From an uncultured bacterium (GTDB taxonomy: Bacteria; Arandabacterota; Arandabacteria; JAGLYR01): DNA of 64,000 nucleotides. Each line of letters begins with the position of its first letter. Position 1 is the first letter of the stretch. Of the stretch, positions 56,976 through 64,000 are shown piece after piece. The notes under the pieces were generated by a model that saw nothing but the letters and a program-made list of their open reading frames with translations, did not search any database and had not been told where the DNA came from. The stretch lies in assembly GCA_964610505.1 (NCBI GenBank), contig CAZSXU010000007.1:3594-67593 (forward strand), written 5' to 3'. The position numbers were made by a program, and so were the translations under genes.

Positions 56976-57920
56976 GTGAAAACTATGGGCGAGGAACCCG
57001 CCGCCATTCGGTTTTCCAATCTGAAGAAGCGCTACGGCAACGTGAGGGCGCTGGACGGACTTGCGCTGGACGTTCGGCGTGGGGAGGTCTTCGGGCTTAT
57101 CGGACCCGACGGATCGGGGAAGACCACGGCGATGAGGATCGGGTGTGGCCTGGTTGTTCCGGACACCGGGTCCGCCGAGGTCGCCGGTTTCGATTGCGTC
57201 CGCCAATCCCGGGCGGTGAAAGAGCATCTGGGGTACATGCCGCAGCGCTTCAGCCTGTATCCGGATCTCACCGTATCGGAGAATCTCCGGTTCTTTGCGG
57301 ACATGTTTGAGGTCTCTGCAGCCGAACGTGTGAAGCGGCAGGCGGAGCTGATGGAATTCAGCGGTCTGGGGCCATTCTTGAATCGCCGAGCCGGCGCTCT
57401 CTCGGGAGGAATGAAACAGAAACTGGCACTGTGCTGTACGTTGATCCACACGCCCGACGTCCTGGTCCTCGACGAGCCCACGACGGGCGTGGATGTCGTC
57501 AGCCGGAGAGAGTTCTGGAACATCATCCGTGGACTTGCTTCGGACGGATTGGCCCTTCTTGTCAGCACGCCCTACATGGACGAGGCCATGCTTTTCGACC
57601 GCGTGGTTCTCATGCACCGGGGGCGCGCGATTGCCGAAGGGACTCCTCGGGCCGTGACGGAACGCTTTGAAAGGCGACTGCTGGAGATCAAGGGACCGGG
57701 GATCCGGGAAGCCCGAGAGCGGCTTCTGGCGGCGGACCTGCCGGCGGTCGAGGTGCACCGCTTCGGAGATCGACTGCATGTTGTGCATGATTCGGAGGAG
57801 CAGGAAGCGGCCCTCGCGCGCCATCTCTCGGGCATCAACGTTGGGGTCGCGCCCATCCGCCCGGATATCGAGGATGCCTTTGTGGGGCTCGTGAGTGCGG
57901 AGCGGGAGGCATCCGCATGA
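56976..57920 (+). CDS. ABC transporter ATP-binding protein (ABC-2 / YbhF-like, first copy)
   Basis: GPDGSGKTT, LSGGMKQKLAL, DEPTTGVD. Confidence 0.9.
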   Translation: MKTMGEEPAAIRFSNLKKRYGNVRALDGLALDVRRGEVFGLIGPDGSGKTTAMRIGCGLVVPDTGSAEVAGFDCVRQSRAVKEHLGYMPQRFSLYPDLTVSENLRFFADMFEVSAAERVKRQAELMEFSGLGPFLNRRAGALSGGMKQKLALCCTLIHTPDVLVLDEPTTGVDVVSRREFWNIIRGLASDGLALLVSTPYMDEAMLFDRVVLMHRGRAIAEGTPRAVTERFERRLLEIKGPGIREARERLLAADLPAVEVHRFGDRLHVVHDSEEQEAALARHLSGINVGVAPIRPDIEDAFVGLVSAEREASA

Positions 57921-58711
57921 ACGCCTTCGATGGACATGCGGCCGCCCCAGGATCGGACGCGTCTTCCGGGTGCGAGACGCACAATCCGGGGACGTGTGCC
58001 GTTCTGGCGGAGAATCTGACTCGCCGCTTCGGCGATTTCACGGCCGTCGATCACATCCAGCTGGCCGTGGAGAGGGGAGAGATCTTCGGATTTCTCGGCG
58101 CCAACGGGGCGGGGAAGACCACGGCCATCCGTATGTTCTGCGGTCTGCTACAGCCCACGGAGGGGGACGGGTGGGTGGACGGGATCTCCGTCCGCGAGAA
58201 CCCGGAGCGGATCAAACGTCGCATCGGATACATGAGTCAGAGGTTCAGCCTCTATGAGGACCTGACCGTTGAGGAGAATCTCTCGTTCAGCGGGGGCATC
58301 TACGGTCTGGGACGGCGTGCCATCGCCGAACGAGGGAGTGAATTGCTCGGGCGGCTCGGACTGGATGCCCACCGCCGCCGGATTACCGGTTCGCTTCCGC
58401 TGGGGTTCAAGCAGCGGTTAGCGCTCGGTTCGGCCGCACTTCATTCCCCCGGAATCCTGTTTCTCGACGAACCCACGGGCGGCGTCGACCCTCTGGCCCG
58501 GCGCCAGTTCTGGGACCTCATCTACGAACTGGCGGACGGCGGGACCACCGTTTTCGTGACGACGCACTACATGGACGAGGCCGAGTACTGCGGCCGCGTC
58601 TCCATCATGATCCAGGGGAAGATCATGGCGCTCGGTTCCCCGGAGGATCTTAAGCGGCAAACCGGAGCGAAGAGCATGCAGGACGTATTCCTCAGGGTGG
58701 TGGAAGGATGA
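57917..58711 (+). CDS. ABC transporter ATP-binding protein (ABC-2 / YbhF-like, second copy)
   Basis: GANGAGKTT, signature motif, DEPTGGVD. Confidence 0.9.
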   Translation: MNAFDGHAAAPGSDASSGCETHNPGTCAVLAENLTRRFGDFTAVDHIQLAVERGEIFGFLGANGAGKTTAIRMFCGLLQPTEGDGWVDGISVRENPERIKRRIGYMSQRFSLYEDLTVEENLSFSGGIYGLGRRAIAERGSELLGRLGLDAHRRRITGSLPLGFKQRLALGSAALHSPGILFLDEPTGGVDPLARRQFWDLIYELADGGTTVFVTTHYMDEAEYCGRVSIMIQGKIMALGSPEDLKRQTGAKSMQDVFLRVVEG

Positions 58712-59814
58712 AGCGCGTGCTGGCGGTGGCGCGCAAGGAAACGTATCACATTCTCCGTGATCCGCGGAGTCTCGCCGTGGCCGTGGTCATGCCCATAATG
58801 ATGGTATTGTTGTTTGGATACGCCATCAACATGGATCTGGCAAACGTACCGGTCGGGATTCTGGATCAGGACCGGAGTCCGGCGAGCGCCGATTTCATCA
58901 CGAGGATGACGTCCGGCGACTTCATTCTGGAGGTCGCGCGCCTGGGCGCCCGGGACGAAGTGGAACCCGGATTTCGCAGGGGATTGTTCCGGGCGGTGCT
59001 GGTGATTCCTCAAGGTTTCGGCGAACGCCTGGTGTCGGAACCACTGTCGGAGATCCAGATTCTCATCGACGGGGCGGATGCGACGACGGCGGCCGCCGTG
59101 GACAACTATCTCAAGGCCGTGGTGGGGATGGTGAATCTGGATCTCATGGTGAGGCAGGGGAACGCTCGATTCCGGTCTCAGGAACTCCGTTCCCGTGTCC
59201 TGTTCAATCCGGAACTCGAAAGCTCCCACTTCGTCGTCCCGGGTTTGGTGGCGGTGGTCCTGATCATGATCTGTGCGCTCCTGACCAGCATTGCGATCAC
59301 ACGGGAAAAAGAAACCGGGACGATGGAGCAGGTTCTCACGACACCGCTGGCTCCCCGTCAGCTGGTTCTCGGAAAGGTCCTGCCCTACCTCGTCATCGCG
59401 TCGGTGGACGCCGCGCTGGTTCTGGCCGTGGGTAACCTGATCTTCGGTGTGCCCATGCGGGGCTCCTGGTGGCTGCTGGCCGGGTACAGCCTGATCTATC
59501 TTCTCATCGCGCTGGCGCTGGGGCTGTTGATCTCCGCCGTTACGAAGACGCAGCGGGTGGCGATGATGATCGCGCTGGTGACCACTCTGCTCCCAACGCT
59601 GATCCTCTCCGGGTTCGTGTTTCCTCTGGCCAGCATGCCGCTTCCGTTGCGAATGATCGGCCGGATCATTCCAGCCACCTACTTTCTGGAAGTCATCCGG
59701 GGTATTATGTTGAAGGGGAGGATGTGGTTCCCCGTCCAGGGTGGGGTCATGCTGGGAATGGCGGTCCTTCTCCTGGGCATGGCGGGCCGGCGCTTTCGAA
59801 CGAGACTGGAGTAA
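58708..59814 (+). CDS. ABC-2 type transporter permease (YbhS/YbhR-like)
   Basis: Six TM helices. ABC-2 family N-terminus (KE..HILRDPRSL). Confidence 0.85.
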   Translation: MKRVLAVARKETYHILRDPRSLAVAVVMPIMMVLLFGYAINMDLANVPVGILDQDRSPASADFITRMTSGDFILEVARLGARDEVEPGFRRGLFRAVLVIPQGFGERLVSEPLSEIQILIDGADATTAAAVDNYLKAVVGMVNLDLMVRQGNARFRSQELRSRVLFNPELESSHFVVPGLVAVVLIMICALLTSIAITREKETGTMEQVLTTPLAPRQLVLGKVLPYLVIASVDAALVLAVGNLIFGVPMRGSWWLLAGYSLIYLLIALALGLLISAVTKTQRVAMMIALVTTLLPTLILSGFVFPLASMPLPLRMIGRIIPATYFLEVIRGIMLKGRMWFPVQGGVMLGMAVLLLGMAGRRFRTRLE

Positions 59815-59819
59815 ATCGC

Positions 59820-60950
59820 GTGGTCCGCTCGGTTCTCTATCTGGTGCAGAAGGAATTCCGGCAGGTCTTTCGCGACCGGACACTGCTTCGGGTGATTCTG
59901 ATTGTCCCGATCGTGCAGATCTTCGTTCTGGGATACGCGGCGAACACGGATCTCAAGAACGTCCGGCTCTCCGTACTGGATCAGGATTCGAGCCGCGACA
60001 GCCGCTCCCTGGCCGATGCATACTACGCCTCCGACGTGTTTATCCCGGGCCCGCGCGCGTCGTCCCCGGCGGAGCTCCAGAATCTTCTTCTGGAAGGACA
60101 AACGGATGTCGGGTTGTGGATTCCGAGGGGGTACGCAGCGACGTTGCTGACGAGTGACGCCGTCGCCGTCTCTATGACATTCAACGGTCAGAACAGCAGC
60201 GCCGCCGGCCGGAGTGTAGGCTACGCAAGCGAGATCGCCCTTCAGGAAGTCGGTCGGTACCTGGAGTCGGCGGCCCTCGCGCAACCCGACCTTGCACGCC
60301 GGGCCCGGCGGATTGAATCGTCCTCCCGCTTCTTCTATAACCCCGAACTGCGAAGCCAGCACTATATGGTGCCGGGGATCGTGGTCCTCCTGATCACGAT
60401 CATCTCCGCCCTGCTGACGGGCGTGGCGGTGGTGAGGGAGCGGGAGATCGGCACGTTGGAGCAGCTGATGGTGAGTCCTCTCACGCCCGGCCAGTTGATT
60501 GCGGGGAAGACCATCCCGTTTGCCCTCATTGCTTTCTTCGAGTTGACCTTCGCAACGACGGTAGCCGTGCTCTGGTTCAGGCTTCCCCTCGAAGGGTCCG
60601 TGCTGCTCCTCGGTGTTGCGGCCGCGATCTACCTGAATGTAACCCTGGGCGTTGGACTGCTGGCGTCCACGGTCTCGTCCACGCAGCAGCAGGCGATGTT
60701 CACGATGTGGTTCTTCCTGGTGTTCGGGATTCTGATGAGCGGATTCTTCTACCCGATTGAGAACATGCCGCGCGAAGTTCAGTGGCTGACCTACCTGAAT
60801 CCGCTGCGGTACATGATGAGTATGGTCCGCGGGATCTTCCTCCGAGGATCGGGCGTGGTGGATCTCGCACCCGACCTTGCCCGGCTGGCCATCATTGGAG
60901 TCGTGACCTTCGCCGGCGCGGCGCTGAGGTTCCAGAAGAGACTTGGGTAG
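59820..60950 (+). CDS. ABC-2 type transporter permease, second copy
   Basis: Paralog of the previous permease (LVQKEFRQVFRDRTLL). GTG start assumed at 59820. The upstream part of ORF 59469 overlaps the previous gene in another frame. Confidence 0.75.
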   Translation: MVRSVLYLVQKEFRQVFRDRTLLRVILIVPIVQIFVLGYAANTDLKNVRLSVLDQDSSRDSRSLADAYYASDVFIPGPRASSPAELQNLLLEGQTDVGLWIPRGYAATLLTSDAVAVSMTFNGQNSSAAGRSVGYASEIALQEVGRYLESAALAQPDLARRARRIESSSRFFYNPELRSQHYMVPGIVVLLITIISALLTGVAVVREREIGTLEQLMVSPLTPGQLIAGKTIPFALIAFFELTFATTVAVLWFRLPLEGSVLLLGVAAAIYLNVTLGVGLLASTVSSTQQQAMFTMWFFLVFGILMSGFFYPIENMPREVQWLTYLNPLRYMMSMVRGIFLRGSGVVDLAPDLARLAIIGVVTFAGAALRFQKRLG

Positions 60951-60951
60951 G

Positions 60952-61167
60952 GCATTGGACGAAAATAGACAATAGACAATAGACCGAAATGGTGAAGTCG
61001 TCAGGTTCTCCACGATGCCTTTTTCCAGGATCGGGGGGGACGTGGAAAGGACCCATTGCGATAGAGAAGCAGAGAAGCGGACCGAAACGGAAGGGGCTGA
61101 GTGGTTGTCCATGATGCGGTTGTCCGCATCTGTTTCTCTGTTTCTCGGCTTCTCCGTTTCTCTGCGG
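60952..61167. repeat. Complex intergenic repeat, right-hand copy (AATAGAC iterons x3, GAAATGGTGAAGTCGTCAGGTTCTCCACGATGCCTTTTTCC, GAGAAGC shuffled inverted motifs)
   Basis: Related to 50684-51124 and in the same orientation. Confidence 0.85.
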
Positions 61168-61221
61168 GGAACCTAAACAGAAAATGGGAGCCAAGTGGCT
61201 CCCATTTTCTGTTTAGGTTCC
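61168..61221. terminator. Perfect 25-bp-arm palindrome (GGAACCTAAACAGAAAATGGGAGCC aagt GGCTCCCATTTTCTGTTTAGGTTCC)
   Basis: Read directly from the sequence. Confidence 0.5.
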
Positions 61222-61365
61222 CCGCATGTGCCGTGTCAGAATTCGTGTCAAGCCTGCGCGTCAAGGTTTTTGAAGTCGGCCCACGAATCAGATTCACGAA
61301 CACTGCAGGGAAGTCGGGGGCGAACCATATTCAATTGTGATCTCCACCCATTGCAGGGCGCGTGC
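61222..61365. repeat. Conserved 145-nt module, copy B
   Basis: Near-identical to 51125-51270. Confidence 0.85.
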
Positions 61366-61673
61366 CAGAAGACGTGGGTCGGGAGAAAAAGTGAACGCGG
61401 TGCCATCCCGTGAATGTGAGTTCACAGGGAGACGCCCTGTAGGAGCGCGTGAGGGGCATTCGTGAGAGTCAGAAATGTCGAACGTAATGTGGCAAGACCG
61501 AGAGTTTGGAACCCAGCTACGGGCCGACAAGGGAGCGATCTGAGCCAACTCCCCCAGATCCTGTCTCGGAAGCGGGTCAGATCCCTCAATCGGGCACCGT
61601 TGTCTTCCCTGTAGGAGGGGATTCCTATCCCCGGTGCTTGAATCCGGTCCCGTCCGCTGGTAACGTCTGGCTG

Positions 61674-62195
61674 ATGAACGACTCCCACCACCTGGAGGTG
61701 ATGATGGCGAAATACTCGAGTCAATTCCCCGATCCCGTAACTCTGGTGACGGTCAGGACGGACAACGAGACCAATTTCATGACGGCCGGGTGGGCGTCCC
61801 CTGTCTCGTTTGATCCCCCGATTCTCATGGTGAGTATCGCCCCCGAGCGCCACACGCACAATCTCATCCTGGAAGCCGGGGAATTCGGCATCTCCATCCT
61901 GGCCGATGACCAGAGGAATCTGTCCACACTCGGCGGTACGACGAGCGGAAGGGACGTCGACAAGATTGCGGAAGGCAACGTGGCGACTGCCCCGGGCGAG
62001 AAGATCCGGGCCCCCCACGTCGCCGGAGCGCGCGCGTGGTTGGAGTGCAAACTGGTCTCGCACGAGACGGTCGGCGATCACACGGTGTTCTACGGTGAGG
62101 TTCTGAAGACCGTTGCGGACGAGGCGAAGTCGGCGCTCGTGTTGTTCAATCGGGTGTACTACGCGCTCGGGGAGAAGAGAGGAGTCTATCCGTAG
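61674..62195 (+). CDS. Flavin reductase family protein (FMN-binding split barrel)
   Basis: LVTV...NFMTAGWASPVSFDPP...HT motifs. Start at 61674 or 61701; the ORF opens at 61506 inside the repeat. Confidence 0.8.
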   Translation: MNDSHHLEVMMAKYSSQFPDPVTLVTVRTDNETNFMTAGWASPVSFDPPILMVSIAPERHTHNLILEAGEFGISILADDQRNLSTLGGTTSGRDVDKIAEGNVATAPGEKIRAPHVAGARAWLECKLVSHETVGDHTVFYGEVLKTVADEAKSALVLFNRVYYALGEKRGVYP

Positions 62196-62209
62196 GGAGT
62201 TGTTTTCCT

Positions 62210-62965
62210 CTAAGATGGGCCGTCTACGGATCCGGCCGGCCGTCTCGGCCCGGCGGCGATGTAGATGCAGTTCGTGTCCTTCTCGTCCACGAGGGGATTG
62301 AAGAACTCGACCTCGCAGGCCCTGACGCTGGAGAAGACGGACTGCAAGCGGTTGAGGAACTTCTCATCCGGCCGTTCGGCGGACCAGAGGGCGAACACGC
62401 CATCCGGCGCGACGTGAGCCACAAGGCGCCGGAGGCCCTCGGTTTCGTAGAAGGGCGCGTGGGAGGCACGGATCGGATGGCAAGGTGAATGGTCGATGTC
62501 GATGAGAATCCCGTGATAGGTCCGAGTCACGGGACCGGCTTTGACGCTTTCACCCGACGGCCCCACCATGTCAAAGAAGTCCGCCTGGACCAGGCGGCAC
62601 CGCGCGTCCGTCGTGAGTTCCATACCCAGAGGCACGATCTGCCGCCGGTGCCACGCGATCACCGGCTCCAGGTACTCCACCACGGTTACGGATCTGACGT
62701 TCGGAAAATCCAGGGCCGCTTTGGCCGTGTATCCCAATCCCAGCCCGCCCACGAGAACGTCCCACTCACCATCCGGCAGCTCCGCAAGCGCCAGCTTGGC
62801 CAGGGCGATCTCGGAATGATTGACGAGGCTGGACATGAGGAATTCCCCGTCCAGCCGGACCTCGTAGAACTCCGTCCCGCCTGGGGAAGGGGATCGCCTT
62901 CGCCACAGCGTCAGCTCGCCCAGATTTGTTCTACATCGGTCCAGTTCCTGAACGGTCGTCAACAT
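62210..62965 (-). CDS. Spermidine-synthase-like (polyamine aminopropyltransferase family) protein
   Basis: VLVGGLGLGYTAKAAL, VVEYLEPV..W and ILIDID motifs. Confidence 0.65.
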   Translation of the reverse strand: MLTTVQELDRCRTNLGELTLWRRRSPSPGGTEFYEVRLDGEFLMSSLVNHSEIALAKLALAELPDGEWDVLVGGLGLGYTAKAALDFPNVRSVTVVEYLEPVIAWHRRQIVPLGMELTTDARCRLVQADFFDMVGPSGESVKAGPVTRTYHGILIDIDHSPCHPIRASHAPFYETEGLRRLVAHVAPDGVFALWSAERPDEKFLNRLQSVFSSVRACEVEFFNPLVDEKDTNCIYIAAGPRRPAGSVDGPS

Positions 62966-63186
62966 CCCGCACCCCGCACTTCGGAAAGGCCGATCATGCA
63001 ACCTCTATCGTACTCGATCGGGATCCCTTCCGCTACCCCGATTCACGATGAAACCCGGGGTGCGTGTCGCGCCCCGGGCCACTACCGGCCTTGCTCACCC
63101 TCTCTCGATCGCCGCCGGGCGACGGGAAAAGAGACCGTGCGGCCCGTGGGCCCGAGCCGTATCGAAACATGGGTGAGAAGTATGGG

Positions 63187-64000
63187 CTACCTCGCGAACC
63201 AGTAGCTCAATTTGGCCAGGATCACATTCTCCGGCTCCGCGCGGAAAAGATGATCTCCTCTCAACGCGTTGTTGAACCGGTGGCCTGCATCAAGGGCGTC
63301 GCCGCGATTCTCGTCAATACACCGCCCCTGCTTCCAGACCAGATAGAAGGTGCTCCCGGGCCGATACTCCCAGCGCAGAACCGTGTTGAGATTGACGGAT
63401 GAGTAGCGGAAGTCGTAATCGTCGACGTCGAAATCCTCGGCCGTGTACGGCGTCCACTCGTCGGAGTCAGGCTTCGCCAGTTCCCGTGGGTTCCGGTAAT
63501 CTCCCACACTCAGGTACGGCTGGGCGTACAGCTCGAGTGAGAGGTGCCGGCTAAAGAGAAGGCTCCCGCGAAACGTGATGTCGACCGTTCGCTGGTCGAG
63601 CTCGCCGAACACCCAGCTCACGCCCCCGATCCCGCCCCCTGGGTTTGCGAAATTCTCGATATGCTGCGCGTCGTCCAACGTTTTATCGAATCCAATCTCG
63701 AGGTAGTAGATCATCGAGGGACACGCCAGCCACCGAGTCTCGAACCCGATGTACGTGCTCCGGGTTCCGGAACCTCTCCTCAGGTGGTTTCCAACGTGGG
63801 TCCACACGAGTGGTTTCCGCGTGTCCGTGTTAATCCCCCACCAGGTGAACATCTGGCCCGGGAGCTCGATCAGTGGGCCGCGGTGGTCCTCGTAGTCCTC
63901 GGTTGCCCAGCGATCCGTCTGCTTGGAGCGGACGTTAACCCCGAACCACCCTTCCCAGTAGTTACGGAACTTGCCCCAGCCGTCCCACTCCACCACGTTG
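63187..64000 (-). CDS. DUF5916-family outer-membrane protein, C-terminal part (gene continues beyond the window end)
   Basis: C-terminal beta-barrel end LSYWFAR. Compositionally similar to gene 1461-3749. The open frame runs to the window edge. Confidence 0.5.
   Translation of the reverse strand, partial: NVVEWDGWGKFRNYWEGWFGVNVRSKQTDRWATEDYEDHRGPLIELPGQMFTWWGINTDTRKPLVWTHVGNHLRRGSGTRSTYIGFETRWLACPSMIYYLEIGFDKTLDDAQHIENFANPGGGIGGVSWVFGELDQRTVDITFRGSLLFSRHLSLELYAQPYLSVGDYRNPRELAKPDSDEWTPYTAEDFDVDDYDFRYSSVNLNTVLRWEYRPGSTFYLVWKQGRCIDENRGDALDAGHRFNNALRGDHLFRAEPENVILAKLSYWFAR

Overview
High-GC (about 65%) bacterial chromosomal window with three parts. (1) Positions 1-9360 hold mixed genes: a TPR fragment, HEAT-repeat protein, DUF5916/CBM9-like outer-membrane protein, S9 oligopeptidase, a divergent EF-G paralog and a TIM-barrel isomerase. 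(2) Positions 9.6-27.5 kb are a conserved housekeeping stretch: yebC-ruvCAB, queA-tgt-yajC, def-fmt-rsmB, a PASTA-only membrane protein, rpe, then ffh-rpsP-KH-rimM-trmD-rplS-rnhB-yraN. (3) Positions 27.5-64 kb are accessory-like. This part contains comM and a four-helix-bundle (23S IVS family) gene embedded in (GAGTAC)n hairpin repeats. It also holds an ICMT / GT39 / SAM-methyltransferase / GT2 glycosylation module, a low-GC metallophosphoesterase that looks horizontally acquired, and a compact bacterial microcompartment (BMC) locus. That locus encodes an RpiB-DeoC fusion, an acylating aldehyde dehydrogenase, 1 BMC-H, 2 BMC-T and 3 BMC-P shell proteins, and a class II aldolase. Further on are ftcD and a TetR-regulated HlyD / ABC / ABC-2 / TolC efflux cluster with a MacB-like pair. 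The efflux cluster is bracketed by a complex intergenic repeat family: a roughly 145-nt conserved module in three copies, long compensatory palindromes that look like bidirectional terminators, and AATAGAC iterons. No rRNA, tRNA or CRISPR was recognised by eye.
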